Under the pieces are notes generated by a model that saw nothing but the letters and a program-made list of their open reading frames with translations, did no database searches and was not told the DNA's origin. The position numbers and the translations under genes were made by a program. A DNA stretch of 64,000 bases. Origin: Candidatus Poribacteria bacterium (lineage in GTDB: Bacteria > Poribacteria > WGA-4E > WGA-3G). Below, in pieces: positions 54,609 through 64,000 of this stretch (within the stretch, counting starts at the first letter, position 1; every line of letters starts with the position of its first letter). The DNA lies in assembly GCA_963663765.2 (NCBI GenBank), contig CAXXUA010000006.1:352001-416000 (forward strand), read 5' to 3'.

Positions 54609-55307
54609 ATGGAAAAAATTCTAACATGCGGTCTGCTTTGTCCATTCTGGACATCTTTCCGAAATCCAAGTACGGTGAATGTTCATGTAACTTATCCGTT
54701 CCCTCCGCCAACTACACTTTATGGCATGTTAAATGCAGCACGTGGTATGCCACAAGACTGGCAGGATGACCGTGATGAATGGCAGGTTTCTCTTGTTATT
54801 GAGTCAAAAGGGAAGTCAATTCAGACATTCAGCAAAATACTGAAAATCTATGAAGAAAAACGGAGTAAAGCGGATGCCGCAAAAGACGAATTTGGTAAGG
54901 CGTTATTTTATAAGATAACAGTCATGCGCCAGAAAATGATCGGTGTTGAATATAAGGCTTATTTCAAGGCACCAGAGAAACAACTTATTGAAGGACATCA
55001 AGCATTACTATCTCCACACTGGCCCCTTTACTTGGGCGAATCCGATGACCTTGTTGATGTGCTTTCACCTCGTATTATCGAAGTTGAACCAATTCCAGTA
55101 AAACGTATCCATTCAATAATCCCAGGATTAGAACATGACTGTCGGTTAGTAAAAGTCCCACACCGATTTGAAAAACAAGGTAAAAGTTGGCACGTTGAAC
55201 AACAACTCTACTCGATTCCACCTGAGAGAGGAATTCAGTTGAGTGAACCGAAATTAGCATATCCAATTGAAGGGAGGAATATAGTATTCAATGGAAATTC
55301 TTGGTAA
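54609..55307 (+). CDS. cas5: Cas5
   Basis: WTSFRNP..TYPFPPPTTLYGML and LYLGESDD. Confidence 0.93.
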   Translation: MEKILTCGLLCPFWTSFRNPSTVNVHVTYPFPPPTTLYGMLNAARGMPQDWQDDRDEWQVSLVIESKGKSIQTFSKILKIYEEKRSKADAAKDEFGKALFYKITVMRQKMIGVEYKAYFKAPEKQLIEGHQALLSPHWPLYLGESDDLVDVLSPRIIEVEPIPVKRIHSIIPGLEHDCRLVKVPHRFEKQGKSWHVEQQLYSIPPERGIQLSEPKLAYPIEGRNIVFNGNSW

Positions 55308-57753
55308 ATCAAATCAAACATTGCTTGGGCATACCCGTGACTGCATGACTGTCTGTGATAGAATACTTTCCTTGCGCGAACCTTTTTTGCAGAACTTATG
55401 TGATCAATATGATTGGGATTGGGAGGAAGTGAAAGGTTGCGTTCGCTTTGCAGTTTGGTTTCATGACATCGGTAAAGCATCAAATCAGTGGCAGGAATAC
55501 ATAAAGGGAAATGGTAAATCAGTCACACACGCGCTCCCATCTTTTGCAATCGGCGCGATGAGTCTTGACATACGGGGATTTGAGAAAAGTCCAAGACTTG
55601 CTGCACTCTTCGCGATTTTAGCACATCACACGCAAATACTCCATAACGGTTCTTTTCCTGAAGAGAGATATCGGCGCAGTATTGATATACCTTTATCATA
55701 TCTTAACGAACATTTCGCAGCTTTTCGTAAAATTGAACCTAACTTCAAAATAGATGAATGGAATAAGCAGCAACTTCAGTTCAATCCTTTCTGTAAATAT
55801 TTAGACAAATTCAAAACAGAAGTACGAAATCATCCTGATTTACAATTTAAAACCCTTTATACCCTCATTCTCAACATACTAACAGCATCCGATAACTACG
55901 CAAGCAAGAATGAACCGAAAGGCGGTTCCCAAGATAAACCCCATGGTAGAAATCTTACTCTCGGGCAACTTATGCTAATCAACGATAAATTCCCGCTTTA
56001 CGACAATACGCCTCTGAAATTGTTGTCATTTTTACCAGAAGGTGCACAACCCAACAAGATGCAACAAAATATAGTAGCATCCGATTCTGACCGAATGATT
56101 CTAAACGCGGGATGTGGTGAAGGTAAAACTGCAGCAGCATTGCTTTTTGCACAAAGGTTGTTACAGGAAAATAAAATTGAAAGAATCATTCTGACACTGC
56201 CAACGAAATTCACAGCAAATAATCTATATCGGGATTTGGTTAGTCCAGATGGATACGATATTCCTGAGCAATTAGTTGGGATCGTACATGGCGATTCAGA
56301 ACAATTCCTGACGCAACTCTCAGATGATGGAAAAAAGCCGAATGAAGTTGAGAATGAGGAAAAGCAGAACGAAGCTGAGGAAACAAATGAGAATGTTAAA
56401 GCACAGGAATTTGAGAATAATTTCTATGCCAAACCTGTTACGATCTCAACAGTAGATCATTTGTTGATGAGTCTATATCACGGTTACAAATATGCCGATC
56501 GCGCATTTTTCAATATCGCCTCCTCTCTTGTAGTTTTCGATGAAGTCCACTACTATCAAGGAAAAACAACTAAAGCAATCGCAACGGCAATACGCCGCTT
56601 AACGCAGTTAAAAATCCCGCATCTTGTGATGACCGCGACGATACCAGACGCTGTGCGTGAACGTTTCAACTATCCTGAAAAATACCCATTTCAAAAAGCC
56701 CCCGCACTAATCAACGGCACATCAGACCCAAAGACTCCTTTTGAGATAGTCAAACTGAAAGAAACCCCATTGGATAAGGATAACGCTATTTCACCAGAAC
56801 TTGTGGATTTGGTCAATCAGAACCAAAATAAAAAACAAATCATCTTTGTTAACCAAGTCAACTGCGCAAAACATGTTTATCTTGCATTGAAAGATCAAGG
56901 TATCTGTGAAAACCTAATCTGCTATCATTCCGGTTTTATTGGCAAACATCGCGTTGAAAAAGAAATAATGATACGTTCACTTTTCAAGGGTTCAGATTCT
57001 TGTGTGTTGGTCTCAACTCAAGTAAGTGAACTTAGTTTGGACATCAGCGCAGATGTGATGTATTCTGAAATCGCACCGATAGACTCTATTGTACAAAGGG
57101 GTGGACGATTGCACCGAAACGGATGGAATATTGATGCACCTTGTGGATATGACCGCTGTAGAACTTGTGACCAAGATAGGGATGTAAACCATAGCACATA
57201 TCGACTCTATCTTATGCCTCCTTATGAGGACGAAAAAGCGTGTTTACCTTACGAACCTGACATCTTAGGCAAATCATGGAATGTTATTGGAGATCGTTAC
57301 ACGTTTGCTGATGCATGCAAGTGGGTAAATGAAGTATATCAAGATTGCCCAGTACTTATGCACACCGAACTTTCAAAAGCAATACACAACGATCTAATTT
57401 TTGGCAAAAAGCCACAAGACAACTATGCAGGAGAAAAAGCCGAGGAGGGAAGAGTCGTCATTCGAGAACAGAAATATCGTACTTATGATGTTGTTCCTTA
57501 TGATGAATTTGCCGAAATCGTCAAGCAGGATTATCGGGAATTCAAAAACTATCACCTGAGTATCCCGTCCTGGGCATTTTGGAAGGCTGAAAAGGGGAAC
57601 CAACTTCACCTTAAAGAGGGTAAACTTGAGATTAGAAATCCAAAGACAAAAAAGAGTACGACTCATCAAATTCCGTTTACAGTAATCCATGCGGACTATA
57701 ATTTTGATATTGGGCTTCCAGTAGGTTTAGAGAAACCTACAAACATGATATAA
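55291..57753 (+). CDS. cas3: Cas3 HD nuclease-helicase
   Basis: HDIGK, HH, GCGEGKT, DEVH, MTAT, STQV and QRGGR. Confidence 0.96.
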   Translation: MEILGKSNQTLLGHTRDCMTVCDRILSLREPFLQNLCDQYDWDWEEVKGCVRFAVWFHDIGKASNQWQEYIKGNGKSVTHALPSFAIGAMSLDIRGFEKSPRLAALFAILAHHTQILHNGSFPEERYRRSIDIPLSYLNEHFAAFRKIEPNFKIDEWNKQQLQFNPFCKYLDKFKTEVRNHPDLQFKTLYTLILNILTASDNYASKNEPKGGSQDKPHGRNLTLGQLMLINDKFPLYDNTPLKLLSFLPEGAQPNKMQQNIVASDSDRMILNAGCGEGKTAAALLFAQRLLQENKIERIILTLPTKFTANNLYRDLVSPDGYDIPEQLVGIVHGDSEQFLTQLSDDGKKPNEVENEEKQNEAEETNENVKAQEFENNFYAKPVTISTVDHLLMSLYHGYKYADRAFFNIASSLVVFDEVHYYQGKTTKAIATAIRRLTQLKIPHLVMTATIPDAVRERFNYPEKYPFQKAPALINGTSDPKTPFEIVKLKETPLDKDNAISPELVDLVNQNQNKKQIIFVNQVNCAKHVYLALKDQGICENLICYHSGFIGKHRVEKEIMIRSLFKGSDSCVLVSTQVSELSLDISADVMYSEIAPIDSIVQRGGRLHRNGWNIDAPCGYDRCRTCDQDRDVNHSTYRLYLMPPYEDEKACLPYEPDILGKSWNVIGDRYTFADACKWVNEVYQDCPVLMHTELSKAIHNDLIFGKKPQDNYAGEKAEEGRVVIREQKYRTYDVVPYDEFAEIVKQDYREFKNYHLSIPSWAFWKAEKGNQLHLKEGKLEIRNPKTKKSTTHQIPFTVIHADYNFDIGLPVGLEKPTNMI

Positions 57754-57766
57754 GGAGAACACAAAA

Positions 57767-58276
57767 ATGCAAAACCCAGAACACCCCAACATCACTGGCA
57801 CAGCCATCAACTACCTCTACATCTGCCAACGCAAACTCTGGTTCTACACACACCATCTCGAAATGGAGCATACCTCCGATAAAGTTGACCTCGGCAAACA
57901 CCTCCACGATGAGAGTTATCCACGCGAAAAACGCAGAGAATGGGATATCGACAGCCTCATCAAGATAGACTTCGTCGACAAACAAGGCATCCTCCACGAC
58001 ATCAAATTTGGCACATCAATGGAAACAGCACACATCATGCAGATATGTTACTACCTCTATCTGCTCAAACAGAAAGGCGTATCCAATAGGAAAGGCATCA
58101 TCAACTATCCCCGCCAACGGAAGACGACAGAAGTTGAACTCACACCCGAAAGAGAAGAAGAGGTGGAAGATTCTATCGCAAAGGTTAACGAAATATCAGC
58201 ACTACCTACACCTCCACACGCAGATTATATGAAAATATGTAAATCCTGCAGCTATCAAGAACTATGTTGGAGTTAA
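57767..58276 (+). CDS. cas4: Cas4
   Basis: ICQRKLW, KIDF, QICYYL and CKSCSYQELC Fe-S ligands. Confidence 0.96.
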   Translation: MQNPEHPNITGTAINYLYICQRKLWFYTHHLEMEHTSDKVDLGKHLHDESYPREKRREWDIDSLIKIDFVDKQGILHDIKFGTSMETAHIMQICYYLYLLKQKGVSNRKGIINYPRQRKTTEVELTPEREEEVEDSIAKVNEISALPTPPHADYMKICKSCSYQELCWS

Positions 58277-58284
58277 AAATATCC

Positions 58285-59765
58285 TAATCAGGTAGGTGCG
58301 ATTTCTATACGGATTGGACTATAACAAGAAATTTAGCATTCTGTAGGTGCGATCTACGAATTATGATAGGTCGGGAATCGGAGTTCCCTCCTACAGAAGA
58401 AGGAAAGAGAAAAAATCAGGTAGGTGCGATTTCTATCCCTATTGGAATATAACAAGAGATTTAGCATTCTGTAGGAGTGATCTCCGAATTATGATAGGTC
58501 GGGAATCGGAGTTCCCTCATACAGAAGAAAGCAAGAGCCAAAATCAGGTAGGTGCGATTTCTATCCCTATTGGAATATAACAAGAGATTTAGCATTCTGT
58601 AGGAGCGATCGCCGAATTATGATAGGTCGGGAATCGGAGTTCCCTCATACAGAAGAAGGAAAGAGAAAAAATCAGGTAGGTGCGATCTCCGAATTACGAT
58701 AGGTCGGGAATCGGAGTTCCCTCATACAGAAGAAGGCAAGAGCCAAAATCAGGTAGGTGCGATTTCTATACGTTTTGGACTATAAAAAGAGAGTTAGCAT
58801 TCTGTAGGAGAGATCTCCGAATTACGATAGGTCGGGAATCGGAGTTCCCTCATACAGAAGAAAACAAGTGCCAAAATCAGGTAGGTGCGATTTCCGAATC
58901 GCGATAGGTCGGGAATCGGAGTTCCCTCATACAGAAGAAAGCAAGAGCCAAAATCAGGTAGGTGCGATTTCCGAATCACGATATGTCGGGAATCGGAGTT
59001 CCCTCCTACAGAAGAAGGCAAGTGTCAAAATCAGGTAGGTGCGATCTCCGAATCGCGATAGGTCGGGAATCGGAGTTCCCTCATACAGAAGAAAGCAAGA
59101 GTCAAAATCAGGTAGGAGCGATTTCTATACGTATTGGAATATAACAAGAGATTTAGCAGTCTGTAGGAGCGACCTCCGAATCGCGTTAGGTCGGGAATCG
59201 GAGTTCCCTCCTACAGAAGAAGCAAAGAGCCAAAATCAGGTAGGTGCGATTTCTATACGTATTGGAATATAACAAGAGATTTAGCAGTCTGTAGGAGCGA
59301 CCTCCGAATTATGATAGGTCGGGAATCGGAGTTCCCTCCTACAGAAGAAGGAAAGAGCCAAAATCAGGTAGGTGCGATTTCTATACGGATTGGACTATAA
59401 CAAGAAATTTAGCAGTCTGTAGGAGCGATCTACGAATCACGATAGGTCGGGAATCGGAGTTCCCTCCTACAGAAGAAGGAAAGAGCCAAAATCAGGTAGG
59501 TGCGATCTCCGAATCGCGATAGGTCGGGAATCGGAGTTCCCTCCTACAGAAGAAAGCAAGAGCCAAAATCAGGTAGGTGCGATCTCCGAATCGCGATAGG
59601 TCGGGAATCGGAGTTCCCTCCTACAGAAGAATGCAAGTGTCAAAATCAGGTAGGTGCGATTTCTATTGGACTATAACAAGAGATTTAGCAGTCTGTAGGA
59701 GCGACCTCCGAATCGCGTTAGGTCGGGAATCGGAGTTCCCTCCTACAGAAGAAGAAAAGAGTCAA
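58285..59765. repeat. REP-doublet (BIME-like) tandem array, about 14 units of 77 or 128 bp
   Basis: GTAGGTGCGATCTCCGAATCGCGA facing GTCGGGAATCGGAGTTCCCTCCTAC, repeated between cas4 and cas1. Confidence 0.9.
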
Positions 59766-59777
59766 AGGAGGCAAAAT

Positions 59778-60773
59778 ATGTCACGCAATTACTACATCAC
59801 GCAACCCGGCAGAATTCGCCGAAAAGATAACACTATCTACCTTGAACCCGAAGATGCCAAACGTATCCCTATACCCGTAGAAGACATAGACGCACTCTAT
59901 TTTTACGGAGAACTTGACCTCAACACCAAACTGCTCAACTTCCTCGCACAAAAGAAAATAGCCTTCCATGTGTTCAACTATTACGGCTACTATTCTGGAA
60001 GCTACTATCCGAGAGAATATCTCAACTCCGGTTCACTGCTCGTTAAACAGGTGCAGCACTATGAAAAACCGACGAAACGGATGGTAATCGCACACGAATT
60101 CGTCGCCTCCGCAGTTTTCAATATGCTCCGAATACTGCGGTATCATACCAATCGTGGCAAAGATTGCAGCACACAAATTCAAACAATAGAAACACTACTT
60201 AACGAAAGTCAAACTGCTACCAATACAAATCAGTTGATGGGATACGAAGGAACAATCCGAGACACCTACTACTCCGCTTTCAATACAATACTGGCGTTGG
60301 AAACACCTTTAGAAAGACGCGTTCGTCGTCCCCCAGACAATCCTATCAACGCCGCAATCTCATTCGGCAACTCATTGATGTATCCAGCGTGTCTCACAGA
60401 GATCTATCGGACACAACTCAACCCGACAATCAGTTTCCTGCATGAACCGGGAGAACGTCGTTTCTCGCTCAGCCTTGACCTTGCCGAAATCTTCAAACCG
60501 CTGATTATTAACAGAATCATCTTTCGTCTATTCAACCTCGGTCAGCTCAACGAATCCAAACATTTTGAAACGACCGTTGGTGCATGTTATCTGAATGAAC
60601 AAGGACGCAAAACATTTATTGCTGCTTTTGATGAACAACTCAAGCAGACCGTGTCGCACCGAACATTGAAACGGCACGTCTCATATCAGCGACTTATCAG
60701 ATTGGAGTGTTACAAACTCATCAAACATCTTGTCGGCATGGAGACGTATCAAGCACTCCGCCCGTGGTGGTAG
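59778..60773 (+). CDS. cas1: Cas1 (type I-B)
   Basis: RKDNT, FNYYGYYSGSYYPRE, GYEG, RRPPDNPINA, FLHEP and LDLAEIFKP; AAGGAGG RBS. Confidence 0.97.
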   Translation: MSRNYYITQPGRIRRKDNTIYLEPEDAKRIPIPVEDIDALYFYGELDLNTKLLNFLAQKKIAFHVFNYYGYYSGSYYPREYLNSGSLLVKQVQHYEKPTKRMVIAHEFVASAVFNMLRILRYHTNRGKDCSTQIQTIETLLNESQTATNTNQLMGYEGTIRDTYYSAFNTILALETPLERRVRRPPDNPINAAISFGNSLMYPACLTEIYRTQLNPTISFLHEPGERRFSLSLDLAEIFKPLIINRIIFRLFNLGQLNESKHFETTVGACYLNEQGRKTFIAAFDEQLKQTVSHRTLKRHVSYQRLIRLECYKLIKHLVGMETYQALRPWW

Positions 60774-60814
60774 AGGCGAGATCACCTCGCCCGAAATACA
60801 AGGAGGCATTCACA

Positions 60815-61078
60815 ATGTATATCATACTCGTTTATGACATTGAGGTAAAACGTGTGGCAAAGGTATGCAAATATCTGCGTCAACATCTCAATTGGATTCA
60901 AAACTCAGTATTTGAAGGACAATTAACCAAAGCACAGTTCGCCCGCGTCAAATCGGGTTTAGCAGAGATTACCGATCCCGAAAAAGACTCTGTCATCATC
61001 TTTCAACTGCGCGATGCGAAATGGATGACCAAAGAGGTGATGGGTGTAGACAAAAATCCCGCCACAAACTTGTTATAG
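60815..61078 (+). CDS. cas2: Cas2
   Basis: MYIILVYDI..RVAKV and WIQNSVFEG. Confidence 0.97.
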   Translation: MYIILVYDIEVKRVAKVCKYLRQHLNWIQNSVFEGQLTKAQFARVKSGLAEITDPEKDSVIIFQLRDAKWMTKEVMGVDKNPATNLL

Positions 61079-61109
61079 ACTGGTGTTAGGGCAATAATCG
61101 GTCAACACA

Positions 61110-61335
61110 TCTGCCGTCAACCTCTGAATTATAGCGAATATTGCGTTAATACTCTCTTACGAAATATAGTAAAAAGTGTCTATAAACGCAGTCAGGACAT
61201 ACTGCCGTCAACCTCCCAGAGAATTTGCACGATTGGAGGTCGACAGCAGACACCCAAAAAATCTGTGCAAAACAAAAATTAACTTGACAGGAACTGTGGG
61301 GGTTTGTTATCATATACATGTCATTTTCGGAGAGC
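61110..61335 (+). promoter_or_regulatory. CRISPR leader of array 2
   Basis: CTGCCGTCAACCTCC...GGAGGTCGACAGCAG (61202-61249), upstream direct copy, TTGACA-N18-TATCAT. Confidence 0.85.
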
Positions 61336-64000
61336 CTTCTAATCGAACCAGTTTGGAATAGAAACAATGCTGCGTTGGCAGATAAGGTTATGCAGCGTAT
61401 TGATCTTCTAATCGAACCAGTTTGGAATAGAAACTAGAGATAGAAAGTCTTGCACCTGAAAAGACATCGTTTGCTTCTAATCGAACCAGTTTGGAATAGA
61501 AACGTGTAAACATCGCAGGCAGGCTACCACTACCAATAGACTTCTAATCGAACCAGTTTGGAATAGAAACTTTCACAAACAATATGAGCATACCAACCTG
61601 ACGCTTTTCTTCTAATCGAACCAGTTTGGAATAGAAACAAAATCTATAACAGTATCATAACTCAAGATCCAAGACTTCTAATCGAACCAGTTTGGAATAG
61701 AAACGTCAATATCCAAAATCAGTTCCCCATCTTCAACATACCTTCTAATCGAACCAGTTTGGAATAGAAACCTCAAACTTTGTCTCTCTTTCAGGGAAAG
61801 AGATAGTCTTCTAATCGAACCAGTTTGGAATAGAAACGTAGTTTCCATAGATTAAACCCTCTGGAATATTACTTCTAATCGAACCAGTTTGGAATAGAAA
61901 CTTAACAAATAGCGTCCCGACTCTATGTTATACAGACTTCTAATCGAACCAGTTTGGAATAGAAACTCATCAGTGGACGAAACTTCAATCGCCTTAACCT
62001 ATACTTCTAATCGAACCAGTTTGGAATAGAAACGTATGAAGAAAGTGCGCTGCAAGCAGCGCGTATCGGCTTCTAATCGAACCAGTTTGGAATAGAAACG
62101 GTGCTGCTACTGGTTTGGTAGCAGAACGTTGACTTCTAATCGAACCAGTTTGGAATAGAAACAAAACTGCCGGAGGATTAGATTTCAGAAGTGATTTAAC
62201 TTCTAATCGAACCAGTTTGGAATAGAAACACTTAACAAGGGTATATCCGTGCTTGGCAAGCTTCACTTCTAATCGAACCAGTTTGGAATAGAAACAAGCA
62301 ATTCCTATATATATTTTTACTGATGTTTTAGTCTTCTAATCGAACCAGTTTGGAATAGAAACTATCCTATAGGTCACCCGAGATGTCCAGTTATACACTT
62401 CTAATCGAACCAGTTTGGAATAGAAACGTGAGACTGAGGCTGAGGTGAAGGCTCATGATCTACCTTCTAATCGAACCAGTTTGGAATAGAAACTTGTCCG
62501 TCTTCGACACTTCCGTAAGGATTTTGCTTCTAATCGAACCAGTTTGGAATAGAAACTAAGGTTATTTCAATATAGTCATCTTACGCATTTCAGCTTCTAA
62601 TCGAACCAGTTTGGAATAGAAACAAGCCGTTGCTGCTCCCAAGTTGTGGGAAGAATTTAACCTTCTAATCGAACCAGTTTGGAATAGAAACGAAGCAAAC
62701 GATGCAGAAAAAGCACGTGTCAATACTTCTAATCGAACCAGTTTGGAATAGAAACTGCAGGACTTTCAACTCGGATGGGACAACCGAAGCAGCCTTGTAA
62801 TCGAACCAGTTTGGAATAGAAACTCAATCGTTCCTGCCTTTATCATTTCGGTGCGGATCCTTCTAATCGAACCAGTTTGGAATAGAAACCCTGCCAGAAC
62901 TTGACAGACTATTTGACGACTGGAATATACTTCTAATCGAACCAGTTTGGAATAGAAACCCTTCACAGTGCCATCCGGGCAATTCCGATACGGTTACTTC
63001 TAATCGAACCAGTTTGGAATAGAAACTGAAACGCTCAAAGACACTTATTCGGACAAGGACTATCTTCTAATCGAACCAGTTTGGAATAGAAACTTTATCA
63101 GTTAACTCTTGCTGTTCTGTGTCTGATAACCTTCTAATCGAACCAGTTTGGAATAGAAACGTTGGCAGATGTATTTGTCTGTCAACCCATACCCGCTTCT
63201 AATCGAACCAGTTTGGAATAGAAACGCTCTAATAACTCCCCAACGTCAAGCATAACGTGACCTTCTAATCGAACCAGTTTGGAATAGAAACCACGCAATC
63301 CATTCTGTTCAGACGGAACGTAACAAACCTTCTAATCGAACCAGTTTGGAATAGAAACCTGCTTGCCTTTCTCTACTTTCACATTCTTGTTTTCCTTCTA
63401 ATCGAACCAGTTTGGAATAGAAACGATTTCATCTTACTTTATCTCCTCAATTATTTCGTCCTTCTAATCGAACCAGTTTGGAATAGAAACATTTGAGATT
63501 GACTTGAATGACGGCAAGGGTGCGCGTGACTTCTAATCGAACCAGTTTGGAATAGAAACACAGACTTTGATGGCACGATTGCACGTCTAAATACTTCTTC
63601 TAATCGAACCAGTTTGGAATAGAAACTCTTTTGCTGCTTCATAATCGTTTTGAATGTCTTTACCTTCTAATCGAACCAGTTTGGAATAGAAACATAGTCA
63701 TCACGGAAGACGAACCGCGGTGGACATTACGCTTCTAATCGAACCAGTTTGGAATAGAAACACGCGCAAGGACGAAGTAGCGAATATGATCTTTGACCTT
63801 CTAATCGAACCAGTTTGGAATAGAAACCCCTGCTACTGATGACGGCACACACTGGACACAGTTTCACTTCTAATCGAACCAGTTTGGAATAGAAACATTC
63901 AATTGGGACTGAACCTAACGTATCAGCAATACTTCTAATCGAACCAGTTTGGAATAGAAACATGTTTCCTTAGATGAAATAGGCGATATGTATGGATTGC
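61336..64000 (+). CRISPR. CRISPR array 2, 40 repeats in the window, probably runs off the end
   Basis: Repeat CTTCTAATCGAACCAGTTTGGAATAGAAAC; differs from array 1 at position 4. Confidence 0.99.

Noticed and set aside
59577-59777. N-terminal extension of Cas1 in the ORF track
   Set aside because: REP-derived sequence; the strong RBS points to the ATG at 59778.

Overview
Accessory region of a bacterium that looks like Candidatus Poribacteria (inferred from the style of the WD40 proteins, the sulfatase and the dense intergenic palindromes; not proven). It holds a complete type I-B CRISPR-Cas operon (cas6, cas8, cas7, cas5, cas3, cas4, cas1, cas2) and two long arrays of a 30-nt repeat (about 116 and at least 40 repeats, counted by hand). 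There are also three short repeat clusters. One lies between cas6 and cas8 and carries a spacer matching the cas8 promoter (16/17 nt, CCA flank), like a CreR autorepressor. One has its own leader and brackets two tandem lipoprotein genes as an ~800-nt 'giant spacer'. One appears to be the displaced tail of array 1. Between array 1 and that tail sits a 16-kb block bounded by IS inverted repeats. It carries an 11-gene type II FAS/PKS-like cluster with a flavin halogenase, an enediyne-type DUF1702 protein and a GcvT-like protein. The rest is four WD40 proteins, a sulfatase, a RelE/HigB-type TA pair, a DUF2971-like gene, phage debris, two intact IS elements, several MITE families with TSDs, and many REP-like hairpin families that form tandem amplifications. 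All calls come from reading the sequence; no database search was run.
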